Shown here one piece after another: positions 52,410-60,644 of a stretch of DNA of 64,000 bases. Made by a program: the position numbers and the translations under genes. How positions within the stretch are numbered: position 1 is the first letter of the stretch; each line of letters begins with the position of its first letter. The stretch is taken from assembly GCA_022821845.1 (NCBI GenBank), contig JAJECT010000009.1, positions 10,899-74,898 of the forward strand, read 5' to 3'. The notes beneath the pieces are model-generated. The model was not told the origin of the DNA, did not search any database, and was given only the letters and a program-made list of their open reading frames with translations. The stretch is from Rhodothermales bacterium. GTDB taxonomy: Bacteria > Bacteroidota > Rhodothermia > Rhodothermales > VXPQ01.

Positions 52410-53366
52410 ATGTCTATTTCGTTTTTTCTTTTTACGCTGGGGCTTGTCCTGGTTTATTTCGGAGCCGAATGGTTGCTGAAGGGGGCCGCGGGGCTGGTGC
52501 GCGCGTACAGCGTGCATCCGCTGATGGTGGGCGGCACCGTGGTGGCGTTCGGCACCTCCATGCCCGAATTCGTATTCAACCTGTTCGCGGCGGTTTCGCG
52601 GGAGGACGGTCTGGCCCTGGGGAATATAACCGGTTCGAACATTTGCAACATGGCCCTGGTTCTGGGCGCAAGCGGGCTGGTGCTGCCCCTTGTGGCCGTG
52701 CGGGAAGTGCTTACGAAGGGATACCCCGCCATGATGCTTGCGCTGGTCGTTTTTTACCTGGCGGCGCTGGACGGAACGATTGGCCGGCTCGACGGCGCCG
52801 CGCTGGCGGCTTTGCTGGTCGTTTTCATTGTGCTCGTCGCGCGGCAAGGCGGGTACGGCGTCGGCGGGCGCGCATCGGAGGCGGCGCTGGCGGACGCCGC
52901 CGCTTCCGGGGAATCCGCGGGCCGAAAATGGATATTCCTTGTTGCGGGCGTCCTGACGCTTGCGCTCGGTTCCTGGACCATGGTGGAGTCTGCCGTGCGT
53001 ATCGCCGACCTGCTTGGCGTTTCTCCCGCCATTGTCGGGTTGACGGTCGTTGCGTTTGGCACCAGTTTGCCCGAATTGGCTACGTCTGTGGTGGGCGCGC
53101 TCAGGGGGCAGGCGGAACTTTCCATAGGCAACGTGCTGGGCAGCAACATACTGAACGTGTTGTTCGTGGTGGGGCCGATTTCCCTGTTCCACCCCTTGCA
53201 GGTGGACGCGAACCTGCTCACGGCGCATTTTCCGGTCATGCTTGCGTTCGGCCTGGCGCTATGGCCTGTTTTCCGGTTCCGGCGGCGGGTCGGGCGCCGG
53301 GAGGGGGCGTTGCTGCTCGGCGGTTTTCTGGCGTGGGTTGGCTGGTTGATCATGCCCTATCTTTAA
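52410..53366 (+). CDS. Calcium/sodium antiporter (YrbG/CaCA family)
   Basis: Two alpha repeats: VAFGTSMPE...GNITGSN and VAFGTSLPE...GNVLGSN. Confidence 0.93.
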   Translation: MSISFFLFTLGLVLVYFGAEWLLKGAAGLVRAYSVHPLMVGGTVVAFGTSMPEFVFNLFAAVSREDGLALGNITGSNICNMALVLGASGLVLPLVAVREVLTKGYPAMMLALVVFYLAALDGTIGRLDGAALAALLVVFIVLVARQGGYGVGGRASEAALADAAASGESAGRKWIFLVAGVLTLALGSWTMVESAVRIADLLGVSPAIVGLTVVAFGTSLPELATSVVGALRGQAELSIGNVLGSNILNVLFVVGPISLFHPLQVDANLLTAHFPVMLAFGLALWPVFRFRRRVGRREGALLLGGFLAWVGWLIMPYL

Positions 53367-53370
53367 TCAA

Positions 53371-53406
53371 GCCTCTGCGCTTCGTGGACTTAATCAGGGT
53401 ATCCTT
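53371..53406 (-). mobile_element. Left-end remnant of MITE family B
   Basis: Minus strand AAGGATACCCTGATTAAGTCCACGAAGCGCAGAGGC versus 38991 AAGGATACTCTGATTAAATCCGCGAAGCTCAGAGGC. Confidence 0.75.
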
Positions 53407-53432
53407 AGAAAATCGTTCATTCCCCTGCCCCC

Positions 53433-55598
53433 ATGTCTTTTTCCCTCGGCATAAATCCATGGCTGCTTGCGGCGTCCCTGCTTGCAGCGGGCGGGGCCGC
53501 CGCATGGTTCTATCGCCGCACGATGCCTGCGCTGCCCCTGGGCAAGCGAATTGCCCTCGGCGGGCTGCGGTTCGGGGCGCTCTTTTTTATTCTGCTCCTT
53601 CTGCTCGACCCCGTGCTGCGTCTTGTCCGACAGGACGAAAGGGAGCCCGTGGTCGTCGTGCTGCTTGACGACAGCGCCAGTTTGCGCCTTGCGTCTGCCT
53701 CGGATACGTCGCTTGCCGGGGCGCAGGCGCGTATTCGGGACCTGCTTCGGCATGCACCCTCCGCGGCGCAGGGAGCCGAGGTGCGGTACGTGCGCTTCGG
53801 GGCGGACATCGAGGGGACTTCTTCCGCTCGTTTCGACGCAGATTCGCTTGGGCTCGCGGCTTTTCGGACGAATATCTCGCAGGCCCTCGTTTCTGTCGAG
53901 GAGCACTGGCGAGACGATAACTTGCGCGCCGTAGTGCTTGTGTCCGACGGCCAGTACAATACGGGCCGCAACCCGCTGTACGTGTCCGAACGCTATCCGG
54001 CCCCGGTGTTTACGGCCATCGCAGGCGATACCTTGCGGCGGCAGGACGTTCGGATACAGCGCGTGCTTACCAATGAAGTAGCCTATGCGGGGGCCGAACT
54101 TCCGGTCGAGGTGGGGATCCGGGCGGAGGGCCTCGGCGGGCGCCGGATTACCGTATCCCTTGCCGAAAACGGACAAATCGTCGCTTCCCGCGCGCTCGAA
54201 ATTCCGCCGGGGAATACGGAAATCGTCGCCGAGTTGTCCGTAACGCCCGAATCGGAAGGCTTGCGTCGCTACGCGGTGGCCGTAACGGAACTGCCCGAAG
54301 AAGCGACGCACCGCAATAACCGGGAATCGCTGGCGGTGCGCGTACTTTCTTCCAGGCGCCGCATGCTGTTCGTGGCCGCCGCGCCCGGCCCGGACGTCGC
54401 GGCCGTCCGAAGAGTCCTTGCCCGAAACGAGGCCTTCGAAGTGGTCCCGTTCGTGCAAAAAAGCGAGGGCGCTTTCTACGAGGGCGCGTTTCCGGCTTCG
54501 CTGACGGATTTCGACGCCATCGTGCTGGCGGGGTATCCCGGTCGGGTCGCCGACGCAAGCATCGTCCAGCGCATCGACGAGGCGGCCCGCGAGGGGATTC
54601 CCCTGTTGTTTTTGCTTGCGGCGGGCGGCTCCATTGCCCGGTCTGGCTTGTTGTCCGACGCGGCGCTTCCGGTCCAGGCCGTCCGGGTTCGGGAGGATTT
54701 TACAGAAGCCGCGCTTCGCGCTACGCCGTCGGGGAACCGTCACCCGATCCTGCGTATTCCCGGCGTCGATCCGGACGCATGGCGCGCCCTGCCCCCGCTG
54801 GAATACAGCCGAACCCAATGGGCGCCCGCCCCCGACGCCGAGGTGCTGGCTACGGCATCCGTCCGCGGCGTCGATTTGCCAGAGCCGCTATTGGTCGTTC
54901 GCCGCCGCGCCCGGCATCGCAGCGCCGCCCTGCTGGCCGCGGGTACGTGGCGCTGGCAAAACCTGCCGGAGGACCTGGTCGCGTACGAATCCGTGTCGGA
55001 AACCCTCTTTGCGAACATCATTCAGTGGCTTACGGCGCTGGAAGACGACCGTCCTGTGCGCGTACAGCCTGTCCGGGACGTTTTCGGGGGCGGAGAAGCA
55101 GTGCAATTTTCAGGTCAGGCGTACGACGAAAGTTTTAATCCCGCGGCGGACGCCACGATAGAGATCAAACTGGTTTCGCCCGATGGCGCGGAGTTTCCGT
55201 ATCTTATGCGCGGCGTCGGGAACGGGCGATACGCGCTGGACGCCGGGCCGTTGCCGGAAGGGACGTACGCCTGGACCGCCACGGCTTACCGGGGAGAAGA
55301 GACGCTGGGGTCGGACCGCGGCGCGTTCGCCGTGGGTTCCCTGACGCTGGAATACCGGCAACCGGGCGCGGACGCCGCCCTGATGCGCCAGATCGCCCGG
55401 CGTTCGGGCGGCGCGACGCTGGATCCGAACCGTCCCGAGGCGTTTACCGAGGCCCTCTCCGCCTCGCTGGAAGGCGCCGCCCAGACCGTATCGAGCGCGA
55501 CCGAGGAAGATTTGCGTACGCATTTTTCGTTTTTACTGCTTGTCGTCGCGCTGCTCGGCGCGGAATGGTTTTTCCGCAAACGCAGCGGAATGGTTTGA
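53433..55598 (+). CDS. Membrane-anchored vWA-domain protein with Ig-like and GATase-like regions
   Basis: Two N-terminal TM helices; MIDAS-like LLDDSAS...TNIS...VSDG; NNRESL.VRV; C-terminal TM ending EWFFRKR.G. Confidence 0.72.
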   Translation: MSFSLGINPWLLAASLLAAGGAAAWFYRRTMPALPLGKRIALGGLRFGALFFILLLLLDPVLRLVRQDEREPVVVVLLDDSASLRLASASDTSLAGAQARIRDLLRHAPSAAQGAEVRYVRFGADIEGTSSARFDADSLGLAAFRTNISQALVSVEEHWRDDNLRAVVLVSDGQYNTGRNPLYVSERYPAPVFTAIAGDTLRRQDVRIQRVLTNEVAYAGAELPVEVGIRAEGLGGRRITVSLAENGQIVASRALEIPPGNTEIVAELSVTPESEGLRRYAVAVTELPEEATHRNNRESLAVRVLSSRRRMLFVAAAPGPDVAAVRRVLARNEAFEVVPFVQKSEGAFYEGAFPASLTDFDAIVLAGYPGRVADASIVQRIDEAAREGIPLLFLLAAGGSIARSGLLSDAALPVQAVRVREDFTEAALRATPSGNRHPILRIPGVDPDAWRALPPLEYSRTQWAPAPDAEVLATASVRGVDLPEPLLVVRRRARHRSAALLAAGTWRWQNLPEDLVAYESVSETLFANIIQWLTALEDDRPVRVQPVRDVFGGGEAVQFSGQAYDESFNPAADATIEIKLVSPDGAEFPYLMRGVGNGRYALDAGPLPEGTYAWTATAYRGEETLGSDRGAFAVGSLTLEYRQPGADAALMRQIARRSGGATLDPNRPEAFTEALSASLEGAAQTVSSATEEDLRTHFSFLLLVVALLGAEWFFRKRSGMV

Positions 55599-56833
55599 AA
55601 CCCCTGCACGTCATAACGGATATTCCTGCCCTGAACGGGTCGTCCGGGGCGCCAGAAAGCGCGCCGCCGCCGGAGGAATTCGCGGCGTTCTTGCGCGACG
55701 TACGGCGCTGGATTCATCGCCACCCCGAACCGGGTTTCGAAGAGCGCCGCACCAGCGCGTTCGTGCGCGACGCACTGGAACGGCACGGGCTGACGGTCAC
55801 GGGTCCCCTGGCAACCACCGGCCTCTATGCAGATATTCGGGGAGCGGAAGAGGGTCCCCTTCTTGCGTATCGGGCGGATATGGACGCCTTGCCCATTCAG
55901 GACGCCAAATCCGTGGACTATGCTTCGGAGCACCCGGGGTTCGCCCATCTTTGCGGACATGACGCGCATACGGCGGTCGGGGTTGGCGTGGCGCTTATCC
56001 TGCATCGCAACCGGTCGCGGCTTCGGGGTACGGCGCGCGTATTGTTCCAGCCGGACGAGGAAGGCGCGCCCGGCGGCGCGGTCGATATGATTCGCGAGGG
56101 CGCGCTGGACGAGGTGCAGGGTATTTACGCTATTCATGTGGATCCTACGCTGCCCGTGGGCGCCTACGGCGTGCAGGAAGGCGCGATTACGTCGTCTACG
56201 GACCGGTTCCGCATTACGGTCAAGGCGCCGGGAACCGGGCATTCGGCGCGGCCCCACGAAGCGGTGGACACCGTTTGGGTAGCCAGCCAGATTATCCAGG
56301 CGCTTTATCAACTTACGGGGCGTTTTTCGGATGCGCGCAAGGCGGCGGTCCTGACCATTTGCCGGTTCCGCGCAGGGGATGCGTACAATGTAATTCCGGA
56401 ACAGGCAGAATTCGGAGGCACGATTCGCACCACAGACCCGGAAGAGCGCGCAGCTATCCGGCGCCGAGTCGAGCGCATCGCCCGGGAACTGGCCCGCTTG
56501 CACGGAGCCGAGGCGGACATCGACCTCCTGCCCGGAGCGCCTGCCGTGCGCAACGACGCCGATCTGGCCCGGCGCGCGGCTTCGGTTATCCAGGCGCTAT
56601 ACGGGGCCGAGGCGGTCTTGCCCATTCCCCTTCCCAGCATGGGTTCGGAAGACTTTGGACATTACCTCGAAAAAGTACCGGGCTTGTTGCTTCGGGCAGG
56701 CACATGTTCCGGCCCCGAAACGGCCTGGCCTCTGCACAACGCCCGCTTCGACATAGACGAAAGCGCCCTGGCCCCCGCCGCCGCGCTCATGGCCCATATC
56801 CTCTGCGCGCACCTGGACGGGGAAGCCGTTTGA
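55565..56833 (+). CDS. M20 family amidohydrolase
   Basis: RRWIH.HPE.GFEE, RADMDALPI, HLCGHDAH, FQPDEEG, GSEDF, LH...F.IDE. True start may be TTG 55595. Confidence 0.92.
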   Translation: MVFPQTQRNGLKPLHVITDIPALNGSSGAPESAPPPEEFAAFLRDVRRWIHRHPEPGFEERRTSAFVRDALERHGLTVTGPLATTGLYADIRGAEEGPLLAYRADMDALPIQDAKSVDYASEHPGFAHLCGHDAHTAVGVGVALILHRNRSRLRGTARVLFQPDEEGAPGGAVDMIREGALDEVQGIYAIHVDPTLPVGAYGVQEGAITSSTDRFRITVKAPGTGHSARPHEAVDTVWVASQIIQALYQLTGRFSDARKAAVLTICRFRAGDAYNVIPEQAEFGGTIRTTDPEERAAIRRRVERIARELARLHGAEADIDLLPGAPAVRNDADLARRAASVIQALYGAEAVLPIPLPSMGSEDFGHYLEKVPGLLLRAGTCSGPETAWPLHNARFDIDESALAPAAALMAHILCAHLDGEAV

Positions 56834-56872
56834 TCGTTTTTTGCGCAACGACGGGAAGGCGTTTTGGGCGGC

Positions 56873-56918
56873 GGTTAAATTATTTAGGCGGGGAAATTCG
56901 GGGGTTAAATAATTAAGG
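56873..56918. repeat. 30-bp-period AT-rich dyad (family C), site 4
   Basis: GGTTAAATTATTTAGG at 56873 and GGTTAAATAATTAAGG at 56903, linker CGGGGAAATTCGGG. Confidence 0.75.
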
Positions 56919-56930
56919 TATCCGCTTTAC

Positions 56931-57932
56931 TCACCACTCGTTGCCGTCCTCGTCGAAGCGGTATGTGTCGGTTGCGTACCCGCCGAATACGCCGAAGCCG
57001 TTCTTGATGTTGGTGTATACGGGAATCGGGTAGACTTCGGAAGAATAGGCAGGCGCTGATTTCTGATGTCGATCCAGCGTATGCAGATACGTAAACATTT
57101 CATGAGAAAACGTAGAAAAGATAATCGTAAAACGAGGCTCGAAGCCCGGATAGGTATACGGTTCAAAAGCGATTTCGATATCATGCAACGTTCCATCGAA
57201 AAGATCGTCCGAAAAAACGGCGCGCCCATAAAAATCAAAATTTATCGCTTCCTTCTGTTCCAGATTTCCTACCTCGCCATAATGAAAATGAAGGGAAGGA
57301 TCTGTACTTCGAAAATCAACTTGGCGATAGTTGAAAACATCTTCTACAGCTTGGGGAATATACAATGTATCGTTAATGATAGCGCCGGTATCTTCAGGGC
57401 CAACCTGGAATAACTCGAGTCGATAGTAATTCGCTCCCGGCGGATCTTCTATGGAAAAACGTAGCGAAGCAGTTCCCTTGTCGTTCGAATACGCAATATT
57501 TTGCACAGCGACCCGTTCCGGAAGTCGCGCCGTAGCTTCTACGGGCACAGGCGGCGATGACGTTTCGCTGGAAATGAAGCCGGGCATTTCTACCCGCAAC
57601 GTATACGTTACCCCAGGGCGCGGGCGCAGGCCCTGTGCGGATCGATAGTTTAATCCAGCTCCGATGTTTACAGGATAATACTGAAGGATATCCGCGTGCC
57701 CTCGATCATCCGACACGACCACGATCGTCTGTCCGGGATCTGCATGCGACAACGTAACCGGGAAGCCGCTCGTATGCAAACTCAGACCGGCATTAACCGT
57801 CCACACGCTATCCGCCGTAAAAAAACTGTGCGCCACAATCTTGTGCCCGTCGGAAGGCGTTTCTACGTCAATGATGCTTTCGCAGGCGCCGAGCGCGAAC
57901 AAGATAAGTATGGTTCCCGTAATCCGTCGCAT
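56931..57932 (-). CDS. DUF4249-like lipoprotein
   Basis: Lipobox LGAC, PGVTYTLRVE, EDPPG.NYY, FSD.LFDG, VYTNIKNGFGVFGG; downstream of a TonB receptor. Confidence 0.8.
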   Translation of the reverse strand: MRRITGTILILFALGACESIIDVETPSDGHKIVAHSFFTADSVWTVNAGLSLHTSGFPVTLSHADPGQTIVVVSDDRGHADILQYYPVNIGAGLNYRSAQGLRPRPGVTYTLRVEMPGFISSETSSPPVPVEATARLPERVAVQNIAYSNDKGTASLRFSIEDPPGANYYRLELFQVGPEDTGAIINDTLYIPQAVEDVFNYRQVDFRSTDPSLHFHYGEVGNLEQKEAINFDFYGRAVFSDDLFDGTLHDIEIAFEPYTYPGFEPRFTIIFSTFSHEMFTYLHTLDRHQKSAPAYSSEVYPIPVYTNIKNGFGVFGGYATDTYRFDEDGNEW

Positions 57933-57939
57933 AGCGGCC

Positions 57940-60291
57940 TCAGAACGTTATATTGTACGAAAGGATTGGCAACAACGGGAATAGCGTGAATCGACGAAAT
58001 TTGCCGGGTTCGATATAGGGAGCGTCTATCTCCAGCTGAAAGGGATTCATTTTGTTGTAGGCATTCCAGGCGCCGACGGAAAACGCCTGCTCTCCCCAGG
58101 CCCGGCGCTTGCTAAAACGCGCCGACACGTCAAGCCGATGATACGCAGGAAGGCGAGACGCATTTCGGGGGCCATAGTGAACCACGCTTGACGTAAAAAA
58201 GTGGCCAAACGTTTCCGACGGAGTTTCAACGAGATATTGCGCGCTCGGCAACCAGATGGCGTATCCGCTTCCGAACAGCCAATTGGCCGAAATGCGTATG
58301 CCTGGCGTCAGATGATGCTGCAAGACTACCGCAATGTCGTGCCGCCGGTCGAACCGATCCGGAAAAGATTCGCCCCCGTTCAGGTTTTCGAATTGTCTTG
58401 TCGTACGCGCCCAGGTATAGGCCACCCAACCCGTCAAGCGGCCCTGTGTTTTGCGCAGCAGCGCCTCGAATCCGTACGACGCTCCGTCTCCCGTTTCCAC
58501 CAAATCAGGCCATTCCGTGTAGGCCGATTCTATGGGAGGAACGCCTCCCTTGTACTGCACAAGACCCGTCATCCATTTGCGATACGCGTCGAACGATACG
58601 TCGTAGCCGGCAGACCAGGCGTACGTAAAACCCAGCGTTGCCTGACGCGCCTGCAAGGGATGCGCGCCCGCCGCAAGCGGGAGCCACAAGTCCATCGACA
58701 ACCCGTCGAAACCATGGCTTTGCAACAAGTGCACATATTGCTGCATTTCCGTGTACGAAGCATGCAACGTCGCTGCGCCCCACAGGCTGCGGCTTGCGCC
58801 CAGGCGTGGCTCAAAAGAACGATGGCTGCGGCCATCCACGAAATACGTCGAGAAACGAACGCCCGGATTCAGGCGAACGACGCCGGGTATTTCCAGATCG
58901 TTCTCGACGTACAGGGCAAGCTCTTGCGACGAAATGGTTCCAACCGGCTTGCGCGCTATTTCCACCAGTTCCTGTCCAGGCGCCTCGAAAATCGCTTCCG
59001 CCGCGCCCGGCGTAAAGCGGTGCAAGGTCCCTTCCAGGCCAACGCGTACGTAATGCCTCGGATTGGGCAAATAGTCGATATCCGTCTTTAAGGTTACGTC
59101 GCGAATCGACGAATAGTACTTGCCGTTGTACACGTCTTCGAAATCCTCTTTCCCGGTCGTGATTTCTTCCACTTCGTTAAAGCGCTGCTGGAAACGATAG
59201 TTCGTCACCCCGATCAGCGTATTGGCGAACATGCGGGCGCCAAGCACCCGGTTCCAGCGAAAAGACGCCAGATGCCCAAACCAGTCCATGCGATCTTTTG
59301 CAGTCTGTTCATTGGGGAAGTCTTGCGCGCTGCGCCAGCCGTCCTGTCCGGTATACGCGCTTACATAGAGCCGATCCCGCCTCGAAAGGATATAATTGAG
59401 CTTCAGATTCGCGTCATGAAAAAAATACCGCGTACGCTCCACGGGAGGCTGCTCCTGAAACAGGCGCGCCAGCGCCACCAGCGGTTCCATGTACGTCCTG
59501 CGCGCGGCCACGAGGAACGAGGCCCGATCCTTTTTCAGCGGCCCTTCCAGCGTCGCTTGCGAAGACAAAATGCCTATCAAGGCCTCGCCGGCGAACTCCT
59601 TCAGATTGCCTTCCTTCATTGTAAGGTTCAACACCGACGATATGCGGCCTCCGTACCGCGCGGGAAAGCCCCCCTTGATCAACTCCACATGCTTCATCGC
59701 GCTTGCATTGAAGGAACTCAGAAAACCGAACAAATGATTGGGATTGTAGAGGGGGAGGCCATCCAGCAGGATCAGGTTCTGGCCCAGCCCGCCGCCGCGC
59801 ACGTGCATGCCGCTGCTGCCCTCGACGCCTCCCTGAACGCCAGGCAAAAGTTGAAGCGTTTTCTGAATATCCACCTCGCCCAGCATGGCCGGCAGCGTCT
59901 TGATCTGCTCCAGGGAAGCCGTATGCCAACCCGGTTTAAGAGACGCCCCCTGCTCTCCCGTTATTTGGATCTCGTCCAGTTCTATCGTCCGGGGCGCAAG
60001 GGCTACGTCCAGCGTCCTGTCGGCGGACAAGACAAGCGCGTGCGACGCTGCTTCGTATCCGATATGCGACACAAGGAGCGTAACCGAATCCGCCCGGACC
60101 GTGAGGCTATAGAAACCATAGGCGTTGCTCACCGTCCCGACAGAAAGAGCAGGAACGCCAATGGCCACGCGCTGAAGCCGCTCGCCGCTGGAAGCGTCCT
60201 CCACGTAGCCGCTAATCGTCCAGGACTGGCCAGCGGCTACGCCGACCTGCAAGCACGTAAGCAGGGTTATGGCGACGAGGCCGCGGCGCAT
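57940..60291 (-). CDS. TonB-dependent receptor with N-terminal carboxypeptidase-regulatory-like domain
   Basis: Signal peptide, TISGYVED..SGE.L, SNAYGFYSL, plug LQLLPGV...VRGG...QNLILLDG, GGFPARYGGR.SSV, YHRLD, terminal Phe. Confidence 0.92.
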   Translation of the reverse strand: MRRGLVAITLLTCLQVGVAAGQSWTISGYVEDASSGERLQRVAIGVPALSVGTVSNAYGFYSLTVRADSVTLLVSHIGYEAASHALVLSADRTLDVALAPRTIELDEIQITGEQGASLKPGWHTASLEQIKTLPAMLGEVDIQKTLQLLPGVQGGVEGSSGMHVRGGGLGQNLILLDGLPLYNPNHLFGFLSSFNASAMKHVELIKGGFPARYGGRISSVLNLTMKEGNLKEFAGEALIGILSSQATLEGPLKKDRASFLVAARRTYMEPLVALARLFQEQPPVERTRYFFHDANLKLNYILSRRDRLYVSAYTGQDGWRSAQDFPNEQTAKDRMDWFGHLASFRWNRVLGARMFANTLIGVTNYRFQQRFNEVEEITTGKEDFEDVYNGKYYSSIRDVTLKTDIDYLPNPRHYVRVGLEGTLHRFTPGAAEAIFEAPGQELVEIARKPVGTISSQELALYVENDLEIPGVVRLNPGVRFSTYFVDGRSHRSFEPRLGASRSLWGAATLHASYTEMQQYVHLLQSHGFDGLSMDLWLPLAAGAHPLQARQATLGFTYAWSAGYDVSFDAYRKWMTGLVQYKGGVPPIESAYTEWPDLVETGDGASYGFEALLRKTQGRLTGWVAYTWARTTRQFENLNGGESFPDRFDRRHDIAVVLQHHLTPGIRISANWLFGSGYAIWLPSAQYLVETPSETFGHFFTSSVVHYGPRNASRLPAYHRLDVSARFSKRRAWGEQAFSVGAWNAYNKMNPFQLEIDAPYIEPGKFRRFTLFPLLPILSYNITF

Positions 60292-60403
60292 CGACTTACC
60301 CCCCCCTTTTTTTAACATCCAGGCATGCATTAACGTTTACGATGTCAGATCTGGCCCAGGGATGAGCCGAAACAGAAGGCTATATCCCTATCCCCCTGCT
60401 GCA

Positions 60404-60432
60404 AGCATAATTCATTCAAGACATATTGTCAA
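60404..60432 (-). promoter_or_regulatory. Sigma70-type promoter for the TonB receptor operon
   Basis: Minus strand TTGACA-17 nt-TATGCT; the palindrome ATATTG-T-CAATAT (60423-60435) overlaps the -35 box. Confidence 0.7.
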
Positions 60433-60644
60433 TATTCTTTTCGAAGGCGCCGTTGCGGTCCCCAGGCGCCTACAGGTCGAACGCACCCGCCTCGATCTCG
60501 ACCCGCTTTTCCGCCTAACCGTTGCGTCGCATAGCCCAAGTGGTGCGCCATCTCCCCCCACATACCACCACAAAAAAATCCCCCGCAAGGTTATATTCGC
60601 CCCGGCTATGTGTCTTAAGGGAGCATTGCATTTTTTCCGGTCCC

